Virus record (IMG/VR): IMGVR_UViG_3300001580_000006
Span: 96,001 to 160,000 of that record
Reading direction: 5' to 3' (one strand)
Source: a virus
Taxonomy: Duplodnaviria > Caudoviricetes
DNA: 64,000 bases
The translations under genes were made by a program, and so were the position numbers. This document shows positions 1 to 9,356 of this stretch, one piece after another; positions within the stretch are counted from its first letter, which is position 1, and each line of letters starts with the position of its first letter. The notes under the pieces were generated by a model. That model did not search any database, had not been told where the DNA came from, and saw only the letters and a list, made by a program, of their open reading frames with translations.

Positions 1-510
1 TTCTTTGTATCCTCCAAGCGCTAGAATGGCTGCATCCATTGCGTCTGGAGAAGTATCTTGTAAGTTCCAGTTCTGTCTACGGAAAATTGCGTGAGCTATA
101 TCTTTCGAGGTTACACCCTTACCTAGCGCATATTTCCTTGCCCTCATTACGTTAATCATATGTGGCACTATACCATTCTTATAGAGTTGGTGCAGAAGTG
201 CTCCCTTCAGCTCTGATATTACTGTCTGTCCGCGAGTCATTCCTGGGCGCGGCGTAAACTCCTCAACAACTATAATATCTGGTCGTCTGCGGTCAATTCT
301 TTCAATGAGCTGATCAACTATATAAGATATTCTCGCTTGTGTAAATTCCGACCTAGCTATTATTGTTTCAGCATATAGCTCGTTCAGGTCCGATCTGTAT
401 TGCGCTACACCACAGTTCTCGCTACCGAGATCGATCCCCATTACTCTAGTCAACAACCCAGACCTACTTGCTACTAGCAGCTTATGACTAGCGTTCAATT
501 CATTTTTCAT
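1..510 (-). CDS. ruvC: RuvC-like Holliday junction resolvase (runs off the window start; not in the ORF track)
   Basis: Manual translation: MKNELN...VMGIDLGSENCGVA...PDIIVVEE...ELKGALL...RKYALGKG...DAMDAAILA. The GID, E and D..DA catalytic pattern of RuvC is present. Confidence 0.8.
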   Translation of the reverse strand, partial: MKNELNASHKLLVASRSGLLTRVMGIDLGSENCGVAQYRSDLNELYAETIIARSEFTQARISYIVDQLIERIDRRRPDIIVVEEFTPRPGMTRGQTVISELKGALLHQLYKNGIVPHMINVMRARKYALGKGVTSKDIAHAIFRRQNWNLQDTSPDAMDAAILALGGYKE

Positions 511-1078
511 TTGCCATACCAAATTTGCATGGATGATAAAGCGCTGAACACTGTGAGCATAAATCTCTGCTAGGCCGTGGTTGAGCCAACTGGTCTAAAG
601 AACTTGTCCATAATTGATACAGCTCTCTGGCTGTGCCCTGCATCGCTGTTCCGGTAGTTAAGTTCCACAGTTTTGCATCAAAGAAGGCGGCTCGTGATAA
701 ATCCAGTGCCAGTAAGCGCTCGTCGAAGTTTATACACACTCTCTCTGGTTCGGTATTATTTGATACAACTATGTGGATGTCTGGCCCATCATGTACATCA
801 TCCTCGACGTGCGGCGTCTCTATCTTTTTATGGGCAGGCAGCTCAAATCGCACAAAATCTGGTCTACACTTTGTATTATGTATTAGTTCGCACATCGTTA
901 GAAGCTCTACTTTATATGACATGTCGTCTGGTAGCTTCTTCGCAAACTGACCTAGTCTTGTGTTTGGATTCGTTAATCGCTGTATTGCCCTGATAGGTAT
1001 TGGCTCTCTTTGACTGCGTTTGAGCACGTTCCTATATGGGCACAAATAAGCGGTTCGTATATGCTGATAAGTAAACAT
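500..1078 (-). CDS. Cas4-like/PD-(D/E)xK-fold protein with 1+3 Cys motif, degenerate active site
   Basis: N-terminal YLCPYR and C-terminal PRPSRDLCSQCSALYHPC. PD is present but no (D/E)xK. Confidence 0.45.
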   Translation of the reverse strand: MFTYQHIRTAYLCPYRNVLKRSQREPIPIRAIQRLTNPNTRLGQFAKKLPDDMSYKVELLTMCELIHNTKCRPDFVRFELPAHKKIETPHVEDDVHDGPDIHIVVSNNTEPERVCINFDERLLALDLSRAAFFDAKLWNLTTGTAMQGTARELYQLWTSSLDQLAQPRPSRDLCSQCSALYHPCKFGMANEK

Positions 1079-1353
1079 TACTTTTTAGTCAGTGCTGTTA
1101 CTAAAGTATGCACTCTCTCTTCGAGAGTATCTAGCATATCTGGAGACAACTGTCCGTGTGTATCCAGGCCTATCTGCACTATTGAGGCGATATCCTCCAG
1201 CACTTGCAGTCCTGTGTCGTGTAACTGACAGTCCTGCATAGCCTTTACTACTACATCGTAGTGTGGCTGGATCTTTCCTTCTCTTGATTTGAACACTATC
1301 TTAGCCAGCTCTTTGCAGGTGCTTAGTATTTTGTCCTGTTCTGTTTGCTTCAT
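1078..1353 (-). CDS. hypothetical protein
   Basis: GGAG RBS; stop codon overlaps the next start. Confidence 0.6.
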   Translation of the reverse strand: MKQTEQDKILSTCKELAKIVFKSREGKIQPHYDVVVKAMQDCQLHDTGLQVLEDIASIVQIGLDTHGQLSPDMLDTLEERVHTLVTALTKK

Positions 1354-1426
1354 CTTATCTCCGCTAATTCAGGTCCCCTGTGGTTAAAAATGGGTGTTCT
1401 ATAAAAATTAATAGAGGGTACGACCA

Positions 1427-2743
1427 TTAAATGGTCGTAGCCCTCCGCCTGGAAGCACCGACTGGAAGCGCTGCAGCAGTTGTTACGTCTGCTCTTCCGC
1501 CAACTCTTTTGAAAGAACTCACACGCGCATACTCTATCTGAGCCATCTTCGATGTGTTGCCGACAAACCTAAAGTACTTAGTACCTTTGCAGGTCGGTAC
1601 TATCTTGTTCTTCTGGAATGCGATTTCTATCACTGGCTTGAATACTGGAATAGCCGGATCGTTTGGATACGTTACTTCGCGGTATTCAGCGTTTTGTTCA
1701 CCGCCAGCGTCTATCTCATTATGGGCCAGCATTACTAGGTTGCTCTTGTAGTCTATTTCGGCGGTCTCAGAGATGTCCTCTCTAATAGGCCGGCGCGTCT
1801 CGTTACCCTGTTTGCTGCGCAGCTTATTTAACTGAACACTCATCAGCAGGGTATTTTTATGTTCGACAACTGACTCTTTCAGTTTAATTGCCGTGTACAT
1901 AAAGCGTTCACGTAGTTCCATACCTTGGTGCTGTATGTCGTGGAAGTTATCAATTATCAGAATTACTTTCTTGTTGTGATGCTTATTGCACACAAAATCA
2001 TTTATGCGTAAGATATCCGTTAGAGTGGATACAGACGATGAGTCCAGAATCATGTAGGAGTCCTGCATTAGATCAGTCATCTTCTTCCACGAAGAAGTTA
2101 GAAGCTCTCTCTGTCCATTCTGTAGGTTTACTGGTATTGCTACCTGTTGGGCGTCGAGCCCTCTGGCAGCGCCACCATATATTGATAGCTGTGAAATTAG
2201 GTGCGGCATCATTTCTTTGATGCTGTCGTCCAGCGTTACATAGATAACAAAGACCTGTTCTGGATTATATAAGGGTAGATTGATTGAGACGTTGCGTAGC
2301 CAGGAAGTTTTGCCGGACGAGCCGCGCCCGCCTATTACATACATTAAGCCACCTGTGTGCAGCCCATTCATGTCGGCGTTTAGTTCTTTCATGTCGTCGC
2401 CTAGATATAAGCCGCTGGGCCTCAACACGTTTTCGAAGTATTCCTTGGCTTCGTTTACAAACTTCATGCCAAGTTCTAGCACATTGCCTATATTAGTCTG
2501 TGGTAGGTGTGCGGTTTGCTGAGCTACAAGCTCTTGGATTTCTAGGATAGGTTTTCCGGAATTTATAGCTCGCGTTAGTTTTGATCTGAAGTGCGCATCG
2601 GAGTCGACGTCCTTAACCAGCTTTAAAAGACTGGCCACCTGTCTTCCGACGTCTTCAGGAGTAGAGTCCGTACCAGCAGCAATGTCAGCTTTGAGCTGGT
2701 CGTTCTCTAGGATTTTTCCAAGTATATCCATATGTTCCTCCAC
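1427..2743 (-). CDS. DnaB-like replicative helicase
   Basis: Walker A GGRGSSGKT, IIDNFHD, QLNK..R..D..E..IDYK, and KNK motif. Confidence 0.85.
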   Translation of the reverse strand: MEEHMDILGKILENDQLKADIAAGTDSTPEDVGRQVASLLKLVKDVDSDAHFRSKLTRAINSGKPILEIQELVAQQTAHLPQTNIGNVLELGMKFVNEAKEYFENVLRPSGLYLGDDMKELNADMNGLHTGGLMYVIGGRGSSGKTSWLRNVSINLPLYNPEQVFVIYVTLDDSIKEMMPHLISQLSIYGGAARGLDAQQVAIPVNLQNGQRELLTSSWKKMTDLMQDSYMILDSSSVSTLTDILRINDFVCNKHHNKKVILIIDNFHDIQHQGMELRERFMYTAIKLKESVVEHKNTLLMSVQLNKLRSKQGNETRRPIREDISETAEIDYKSNLVMLAHNEIDAGGEQNAEYREVTYPNDPAIPVFKPVIEIAFQKNKIVPTCKGTKYFRFVGNTSKMAQIEYARVSSFKRVGGRADVTTAAALPVGASRRRATTI

Positions 2744-2754
2744 AATTAAGTCGT

Positions 2755-2783
2755 ATTATAGCACAAAACTAATTAAAAGTCAA
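2755..2783 (-). promoter_or_regulatory. sigma70-type promoter for the helicase operon
   Basis: TTGACT-17 nt-TATAAT with TG extended -10. Confidence 0.8.
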
Positions 2784-2855
2784 GTACTTTTTTGACTATG
2801 TTATAATTTTACCATATATTTATGCTAAATTCCAACTTTGGGCCAAAGATTATTC

Positions 2856-2884
2856 TTGACTTTTCCTCCAATTTGTGGTATAAT
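2856..2884 (+). promoter_or_regulatory. sigma70-type promoter for groES (divergent from the helicase promoter)
   Basis: TTGACT-17 nt-TATAAT with TG extended -10; GGAG RBS downstream. Confidence 0.8.
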
Positions 2885-2914
2885 GTATAAAACAAACTGT
2901 GAGAGGAGATTACC

Positions 2915-3238
2915 ATGCGCATGAACCCAATGCCCGGGAAAGTCATTCTGTTTCTAACTAAGGAGCCAGAATCACAATCCAAAACTGGAATAATCCTAGT
3001 CAATCGCGACAGGGAAGACGGCTTTCGCAGTGGCACCGTAATAGCTGTCGGCGGCCCAAGAACCACTCCTAACGGAGCCAAGATTCCGTCCGAGATATCT
3101 GTAGGCGAAAAGGTGCTAATCCTACGATATGCCGGTATGTCCTTTCCCCCAGAGGTCGTGGGGTATGACGGGCCAGTAGAACAAGGCGACGAAATCAGAC
3201 TGGTCCTAGACGATGACATTCTGCTAACAATTGAGTAG
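2915..3238 (+). CDS. groES: GroES/Cpn10 co-chaperonin
   Basis: P..GKVI...SKTGIIL...GTVIAVG.PR...VGEKVL..RYAG...DDIL. Confidence 0.85.
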   Translation: MRMNPMPGKVILFLTKEPESQSKTGIILVNRDREDGFRSGTVIAVGGPRTTPNGAKIPSEISVGEKVLILRYAGMSFPPEVVGYDGPVEQGDEIRLVLDDDILLTIE

Positions 3239-3716
3239 TAAATTGAAAACTAAGGATATGGCGGCGTATAAGCGCAAGTATCGACTTGAGCACAAAGAGG
3301 CGTATTCAGGTGCCAGCCATAGGCATTATGCTAGTAACAAAGAAACTGTATTAGCGCACAACCGTACATATTATGGTGCCAACCGTAGTAAGATATCTGC
3401 ACAAAAGAAACTATATAATGCAGCGAATCGTGCAAAGATTGTTGCGTGCAGTCGCAAGCGCCAATTTGGTTTATCAGAATCCGATTTTGAGTCTATGTTG
3501 TGCATTGCAGAAAACAAATGCCAGATCTGTGCCACGCCGTTCAAAGATGAATTATATAAAGGACCGTATGTTGACCACGACCACAAAACTGGAAGGATTC
3601 GCGGTTTGTTGTGTGCTAAGTGTAACAAAGCATTAGGGCTATTTGGCGATAGCCCGGCTGTACTGAGTGCAGCAGCAACATATTTACAAAAACACTTAAT
3701 AGATAGCATTGAATGA
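3231..3716 (+). CDS. Endonuclease VII-family HNH nuclease (probable free-standing homing endonuclease)
   Basis: CQIC...VDHDHKTGRIRGLLCAKCNKALG. Confidence 0.85.
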   Translation: MSSKLKTKDMAAYKRKYRLEHKEAYSGASHRHYASNKETVLAHNRTYYGANRSKISAQKKLYNAANRAKIVACSRKRQFGLSESDFESMLCIAENKCQICATPFKDELYKGPYVDHDHKTGRIRGLLCAKCNKALGLFGDSPAVLSAAATYLQKHLIDSIE

Positions 3717-4672
3717 AAGATCTCTTAGAGTTTTACCAGCCAGTGGCTGGAAGTGATGAGCCGTTAAGGCCCAAAGGTGAGTACTATTGGGAAGATCTGA
3801 GCATTACCTTGAACGTTTTGCCAACCCAGGACCTGGTATTTGGAGGTTGTTCAAGGAAGAGTGTGTGGTGTCGTAGCCGACCATCCTCTTCATATGTGGT
3901 TCCTCCGTTGGCAGAAAGAAGGGCTGAAGCGAAGATATTGATGGAAAAGAAGGATTATGGCCTCCTCTTTGGACTACAGAAGGCAGCAGCAGAAGGGGAA
4001 GAGCTTCCAGATGTCGCCCAAATCGATTTAGAGGTGCCGCCATGGCCCGATTCTATACAACTGCCACTAGCAGATAGCTCAAATCCTCTGGTTATAGAGG
4101 CTAGTAACGATAAATGCTTGCTGCACCTAAGGTTACCTCTAATAAGAGAGGTGGACGGGCACGCTACGGTAATCGTTGTTAGAAGCCTATCTTCTAGGGC
4201 TGCCTGCTCCAACGCAATTTATGGAAAGCGTGGTACACAAACGCAGCCGCAGGCACGAGACATAGTTCTAGCCTGTATATTGTTATATGCCATATCGTTA
4301 CAGCCAAAACCCATGCGATTTGTGGATCGATGTTTGATAATATATTCAGATCAGGCATTTCAAAACACCATGCAGTATTTAGTTGAGTTGGGCCCAACTG
4401 GCCCAATTATTAATGGGTTCGTCTATAAAGAAATAACTCCAGAGGCCGTGCTAACAAGGTTGCGGCTTACGCATATGATGGTGGCTACTGGAGATGGAAA
4501 ACCAGACTTTGTATTTGACACCGCCGATGCACAGATGGCAGCCGCCGCGGCTGAGTTAATAACTCAGAAACAAGTCGGCTGGAAACCCGTAGCAGGATAC
4601 CCCTGCAAAGCATGCGGATTCGCTGATAGATGTATACCAAAAGACTGTGAGATAGAAGAAGGGGCTGGATAA
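3713..4672 (+). CDS. Cas4-like protein with 1+3 Cys motif, catalytic residues apparently lost
   Basis: GGCSRK near the N-terminus and PCKACGFADRC at the C-terminus. Confidence 0.45.
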   Translation: MKDLLEFYQPVAGSDEPLRPKGEYYWEDLSITLNVLPTQDLVFGGCSRKSVWCRSRPSSSYVVPPLAERRAEAKILMEKKDYGLLFGLQKAAAEGEELPDVAQIDLEVPPWPDSIQLPLADSSNPLVIEASNDKCLLHLRLPLIREVDGHATVIVVRSLSSRAACSNAIYGKRGTQTQPQARDIVLACILLYAISLQPKPMRFVDRCLIIYSDQAFQNTMQYLVELGPTGPIINGFVYKEITPEAVLTRLRLTHMMVATGDGKPDFVFDTADAQMAAAAAELITQKQVGWKPVAGYPCKACGFADRCIPKDCEIEEGAG

Positions 4673-4687
4673 CCAGCCCCTTCTTTT
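4656..4687. terminator. bidirectional intrinsic terminator
   Basis: AAGAAGGGGCTGG-ataa-CCAGCCCCTTCTT hairpin between convergent genes. Confidence 0.75.
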
Positions 4688-4696
4688 ACCAGCTGG

Positions 4697-4744
4697 CTAG
4701 CACTTTTTCTTGCTAGCCTTCTTCTTAGTTTTCTTAGCAGCCAT
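4697..4744 (-). CDS. 15-aa lysine-rich micropeptide MAAKKTKKKASKKKC
   Basis: Strong GAGGAGG RBS upstream of the ATG; followed by the terminator. Confidence 0.55.
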   Translation of the reverse strand: MAAKKTKKKASKKKC

Positions 4745-4777
4745 GGTAAATCCCTCCTCTCTGCAGTCTTAGATACC

Positions 4778-4909
4778 TTATTTCTTAGGTGACTTAGCCT
4801 TATTGGCAATCTTGGTCACCGATCCGCCGTTAGAAATGGTTGGGACCTTGGGGATCTTAGTTGGGGTGGCCGAAATGCGTGGGGCAATCGGCTTGCTGAG
4901 CTTAGCCAT
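4778..4909 (-). CDS. 43-aa basic Lys/Pro-rich peptide (true start is probably MAKLSKP)
   Basis: GGAG RBS before the ATG at 4909; the longer ORF would span the promoter. Confidence 0.6.
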   Translation of the reverse strand: MAKLSKPIAPRISATPTKIPKVPTISNGGSVTKIANKAKSPKK

Positions 4910-4949
4910 TTGTATTCTCCTGGTTATTATTAAGTGTTGGAACCGTATA

Positions 4950-4978
4950 ATTATACCATAAATCTTGGTCAAATCCAA
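4950..4978 (-). promoter_or_regulatory. promoter for the basic peptide pair
   Basis: TTGGAT-17 nt-TATAAT with TG extended -10. Confidence 0.65.
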
Positions 4979-4985
4979 AAAGATT

Positions 4986-7511
4986 TTACTTTAACTCTTC
5001 TTGAATGGCCCCTTCTATGGTAGAATCAGTGGGCATCTTTACTGACCAAGTGCGGTTGCCTATTACTAGTGCTGGTATGTCTCGTACATTGCGCATTAGC
5101 ATATCCGTAAGGATATCTGTAGCCTCGGCATGTTTGTCAATATCAAACTCATGATAATGATATTCATATTTGCCTGGCATTTTCTTTAGTAATGCCTGAA
5201 TACGGCCGTCCGTTGTTTTACATATAGAGCACCCCGGCTTTCCATATAGATGGATTGCTTTGTCGCGCCTTATATTTACATTTACTGGAGACCCAAGACT
5301 GCGGTCATTGTGCTGTTTGCGGTCTTCGCGCTCCTGCTGTTTACCTTTATTCCACTTGTCTGACTCACCATAATACCCAGTAACCCTGGTAATATAGGTA
5401 ACGTTCTCAGACGAGCACTTCTTGCAGGCGTCTAGTTCACCTTTCTCAACTGTACTACAATCATTACATCTAGTAAAGGTTGGGCTAAACACAACCTGAT
5501 CGTTCTGCGATAGATCATATATCTTAGTTATGAAGCTTGCCACTGCCTTAACGTCTGGAGTAGCGTCACCCATCCAAGCGTGTGTAATAGATCCAGCGTC
5601 TATAGCGCCATGGAACTGGCCCTCTAGTAATATCCTATCAACCAAACTGACATTAGCATCAACCGCAATATGCGTCGAGTTAGTATAGTAGACTGAGCCA
5701 GTTTTCACGTCACCCTTTACCAGCTTCTTAGCATCTGGATACTTCTCCAGGTCTAGCTTGGCAAACCTATACGCCGTTGATTCAGCTGGTGTTTGTTCTA
5801 AAGCAATATTCATCTTATGCTCTTTAGAGAGACGCTGACATGCTATATACATGTGAGACACTATCTTTAAGCCAAGTTCAAATGCTTGCTGATCTTCGTG
5901 TAGTTGTTTACCTGTAAGCTCCTGGACAGCTTCGTTTAGCCCAAGTACGCCAATAAGGTATCGTGCTGACCCTAGACCAAAATACGGTGCTCCGTCTTGA
6001 TCGTAGGTAAGTGTAGCTAGAGGACCATGTTCCTTTAGCGCCAATAGTTTATTTATGAATTTCTTTTTCTGAATGTGCGCGTCTACCGCTGTAGCAAAAT
6101 ACTTGTCCAAGCGTTCGGTAAATATCTTTTCCAGCTCTGGGAGGTCATATGACCCAGCTTGTTTGGCTTCTAGCGCAAACCTAGGAAGGTTAAGAGTAAT
6201 ATTCTGTAGGGCCGCAAATCTCATTCTCCACGGTTCGTGTTTGGCTGTCTCTACTTCGTCGTCAGACATGTTGACTCGTAATCTGCAACACTGTGACACG
6301 ACGTTTGTATCTCCTCGCTCAAACACCAAGTACAGGGATCCAGTTTTTGCAACTGCTTCAGATATTAGCTCTAGGTGACCTTCATGGTTATCAGTACGCC
6401 AGAAGTCTTTGGTAATATGGACATTAGCTTTTGGAAAGAAGAACGGCAAGCCATTGGCATCGCCATCTTTATATACCTCAATACACGCTCTTAGGAACCG
6501 CCTGCTTTCAGCAGTATAGTCTCCATATGTAAGAAATCCATCCTTCATGTTGTGCTTAAACATCTGAGCATTCTTTGGAAGATCGCGGACGAACTCTGTA
6601 TGCGACTCACCTAACTTATCTATCCATTTATGAATAAACCTACCACCTGGTCCTAAGGCAAATGTGTCCTTATAGCGAGGCGGTGTTTCATAATAGAAGT
6701 TTAGGTCGGAGAATATCGCTTGGCCTCCCCTAGTTCCAAGAAGCTGCGAGAATGAGAATATCATGTCTTGGGCTGATTGTTTAACAACCTCGTCAGAGAC
6801 GCCTTGTACAAATGGTGCCATGAATATGTTCACAGCATCCCAACCGATAGCCCCAGCAAAGTGACCTTGTAGTAACGAACTAAACTCTTTGATGTGGTTT
6901 ATAAGTACTAATAGGTGCTTGGCCGGCTTCGATGGATTGGGGTATGCTTTAGAAGATAGTCCATAGCGTATCACGTATGCCAGGTTCTGTCCTGAACAAT
7001 ATGGCCTGTCTACCAGCCCAAGATCATGCAGGTGCATATAGCCATCTTTGTGTGCAGTTGCAACTTCCTTACTGAATACCTCTCCAGAATCAAGAGCAAA
7101 CTGCTTCTTTATATTCTCGCCAATATATAAATTTATTGCCTCTGGGTTGTGCGGTACATTCGAGTTCTCTTGGTTGCCACCAGTAATCAAAGCTGATAGG
7201 TCACGGAATGACATAACGGCCAAGCTACCTTTTCTCCACTTTGCGCGCATGCCTCTTGACAAAAGCTCTGCCTGTGTAAGGGTTCTGATCTCTGCTGTAG
7301 TTACTGTTTCTAGCCCAGCATCCACGACTTTCTTTTCTACTGCAGTGGCAATAGAGTCAGCCACCTCTGGTTTTATACCAAGCTCATCAGTTAGCTTTTC
7401 TATAACCCGGGCTTTGTTCCACTCCTCGTGGGTAAAATTTGTAGTTGACCCCACCATTAAATTATTAGCGGTTGGATCATTGGTTGTCTGTCTAACTACC
7501 TTTGGGGACAT
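4986..7511 (-). CDS. nrdD: Anaerobic (class III) ribonucleoside-triphosphate reductase with N-terminal ATP cone and C-terminal glutaredoxin-like domain
   Basis: HLHDL, RPYCSG, SQCCRL, EQTPAES, YYTNSTH, CxxC..CxxC, glycyl-radical motif RVTGYY; tail YGKPGCSICK...IPALVI. Confidence 0.92.
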   Translation of the reverse strand: MSPKVVRQTTNDPTANNLMVGSTTNFTHEEWNKARVIEKLTDELGIKPEVADSIATAVEKKVVDAGLETVTTAEIRTLTQAELLSRGMRAKWRKGSLAVMSFRDLSALITGGNQENSNVPHNPEAINLYIGENIKKQFALDSGEVFSKEVATAHKDGYMHLHDLGLVDRPYCSGQNLAYVIRYGLSSKAYPNPSKPAKHLLVLINHIKEFSSLLQGHFAGAIGWDAVNIFMAPFVQGVSDEVVKQSAQDMIFSFSQLLGTRGGQAIFSDLNFYYETPPRYKDTFALGPGGRFIHKWIDKLGESHTEFVRDLPKNAQMFKHNMKDGFLTYGDYTAESRRFLRACIEVYKDGDANGLPFFFPKANVHITKDFWRTDNHEGHLELISEAVAKTGSLYLVFERGDTNVVSQCCRLRVNMSDDEVETAKHEPWRMRFAALQNITLNLPRFALEAKQAGSYDLPELEKIFTERLDKYFATAVDAHIQKKKFINKLLALKEHGPLATLTYDQDGAPYFGLGSARYLIGVLGLNEAVQELTGKQLHEDQQAFELGLKIVSHMYIACQRLSKEHKMNIALEQTPAESTAYRFAKLDLEKYPDAKKLVKGDVKTGSVYYTNSTHIAVDANVSLVDRILLEGQFHGAIDAGSITHAWMGDATPDVKAVASFITKIYDLSQNDQVVFSPTFTRCNDCSTVEKGELDACKKCSSENVTYITRVTGYYGESDKWNKGKQQEREDRKQHNDRSLGSPVNVNIRRDKAIHLYGKPGCSICKTTDGRIQALLKKMPGKYEYHYHEFDIDKHAEATDILTDMLMRNVRDIPALVIGNRTWSVKMPTDSTIEGAIQEELK

Positions 7512-7558
7512 TTAAATCTCCTTGTTGTCTATTGTTTGTGATTGGGTTTCCCTCCTCG

Positions 7559-7972
7559 TCAGTCGTCCCCTAGATAAACAAAGTACTTAGCAAATAAATC
7601 TAGCCCTTCTTTTTGCAGCTCTCCGCATTTTATCATATCACTTACAGTGTGTGTACAGTTTCTGCTGTTAGATAAGGTCTTACATAGGTTTGCTTCACAA
7701 AGGGTTATTTCAAACGCTAGAGATATCTTATCTATGATCTCTAGCCATTTCTTTGTGGCCAACTCGTCGTCCTTAACTTCATCAAAGATTGCACCTGGAA
7801 TACCAGCATACTTGTTTTGCCCGAGCCTTTTACGGCACTCTTTAAGCCTTGGCAGTACAAACTTTGCAACGGTAATGTCAAGACACCACAACTCATTGTC
7901 CGCAAACCCACGAGTCAGCCTTTGGAAAAACCAGCGGACCTCATATAAAGCCTCTACAATCCAATTAAACAT
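7559..7972 (-). CDS. hypothetical phage protein
   Basis: GAGG RBS; operon context. Confidence 0.6.
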   Translation of the reverse strand: MFNWIVEALYEVRWFFQRLTRGFADNELWCLDITVAKFVLPRLKECRKRLGQNKYAGIPGAIFDEVKDDELATKKWLEIIDKISLAFEITLCEANLCKTLSNSRNCTHTVSDMIKCGELQKEGLDLFAKYFVYLGDD

Positions 7973-7982
7973 ACTACCTCTT

Positions 7983-8669
7983 TTAACAAGTGCAGTTTGG
8001 CTCTACCTGCTCGGGTAGGTATTCTTTGATTCGACCAAAAATAAATGGGTACAGCGTTACAAATTTACGCAGGACTTCATACATTATACTGCGCATAGCT
8101 GGGTGAGCCTCAGGCTGTGCGCGTAGTGAGAATATATGAAACCACTCCCGTATGTTTGCTGTTACAACAATGGTAGACGCTGTACAAGTTGGTAGCACAG
8201 ACCTAGCTATCTCAGGTGGATATCCATTTTTTATCATCTTAAAATATGACTCTTCGGCTGTGCTAACGGCCGACCACCAAGCAGCCTTTGCTGGGTCGCC
8301 GCCGGCTCTCTCATAATCAGTAATGGCTGTTTTAAAAGGACTGATTACTTTTATTTCATTACCAAGACGGTTGGTACTGTAGTTGCAATATCTAGTACTC
8401 TCTTGTGCAAACGCTACGCCGATTCTGTGTCTTACAAGTTCGTGTGTTACTCCACGGTCTACAACAAGACGAGCTGCTATGTGTGCGTGTTCGAACATTG
8501 CTAGGTGCTTACGCTCCCACAGCTTGTCAAACAGCTTTTTATTTGCATCCGGCGCTGACATATCCTCAGTCAAATAGCAGACGCGCGCAGCGTCTACTAT
8601 TGACTTAATGATAGTATCTTCATCAGGAGGATTTATCAACCCAAATGATTGAACTACTAAGTTAGGCAT
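7983..8669 (-). CDS. thyX: FAD-dependent thymidylate synthase
   Basis: H..MFEH, THELVRHR....AQESTRY, ARSVLP, NIREW.H...R....AH. Confidence 0.93.
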   Translation of the reverse strand: MPNLVVQSFGLINPPDEDTIIKSIVDAARVCYLTEDMSAPDANKKLFDKLWERKHLAMFEHAHIAARLVVDRGVTHELVRHRIGVAFAQESTRYCNYSTNRLGNEIKVISPFKTAITDYERAGGDPAKAAWWSAVSTAEESYFKMIKNGYPPEIARSVLPTCTASTIVVTANIREWFHIFSLRAQPEAHPAMRSIMYEVLRKFVTLYPFIFGRIKEYLPEQVEPNCTC

Positions 8670-9052
8670 TAGCTAACATCGGCTCCAGCGTTAGCGCCAT
8701 AGCCAAAGCTAGTGTCCTCGCCGCCAGCCTTAGCTTTACGCTCAGTTACAGTGGCGCTCATAATCTCAGCGATTATAGCGTCTTGTAGCTCTTTCGAAGC
8801 AGAGGTTAGAGTCTTATCTTTTCCTTCCTCGAAGTTGAACGCGACGGCCCTTTGCTTTGGCCTGCTGTTGGTCTTTTCCCACTCGGTCTGCTCTACAGTC
8901 GGCCACTCGATAAACTTTCCGCCCTCTGGGTTCTTTGATTGCCACACTTTTATGTTGCGGACTACGATTGCTGATCCTATTCCGACGTCGGCTATCTTTA
9001 ACAGATTTCCCTTGCCGTTGAAGCAGCGCTTTACTGTGATTTTGGTTGCCAT
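8669..9052 (-). CDS. SpoVG-like nucleic-acid-binding protein
   Basis: IADV.IG..IVVRNIKV......FIEWP pattern with an acidic/flexible tail. Confidence 0.55.
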   Translation of the reverse strand: MATKITVKRCFNGKGNLLKIADVGIGSAIVVRNIKVWQSKNPEGGKFIEWPTVEQTEWEKTNSRPKQRAVAFNFEEGKDKTLTSASKELQDAIIAEIMSATVTERKAKAGGEDTSFGYGANAGADVS

Positions 9053-9341
9053 GGTTTCTATCCTCCAATATTTTGGTTAGTTGTTTTACTAAATGCTGTA
9101 TAGTTCTTATCTTGCGATTCTTATGAGGCTTTTTACTGTATGACTCAACAAATTTATTTACAAGCTCTACGAGCTGATCATGGAATTTACCCATGTCAGA
9201 GTTAGATGCCCACACCCTGGTCACGTCGCTAAGACTAATACGGTTGGCTATAATAGTCTCATCCTCTTTTATCAGCTTATGCCCCTCGACGACCTGACAG
9301 TCAGGATAAGAATACAGCGCAAGCTTAATTACATATGGCAT
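8814..9341 (-). CDS. hypothetical protein (3' part overlaps the SpoVG-like gene in another frame)
   Basis: Fills the gap between the polymerase and SpoVG-like genes. Confidence 0.45.
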   Translation of the reverse strand: MPYVIKLALYSYPDCQVVEGHKLIKEDETIIANRISLSDVTRVWASNSDMGKFHDQLVELVNKFVESYSKKPHKNRKIRTIQHLVKQLTKILEDRNHGNQNHSKALLQRQGKSVKDSRRRNRISNRSPQHKSVAIKEPRGRKVYRVADCRADRVGKDQQQAKAKGRRVQLRGRKR

Positions 9342-9356
9342 TTATTGTACCTAGGT

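Noticed and set aside
8814-9052. Second dual-coding region (8814..9341 overlapping the SpoVG-like gene)
   Set aside because: The overlapping tail is low-complexity basic sequence with no motif; more likely a lost stop codon than functional overprinting.
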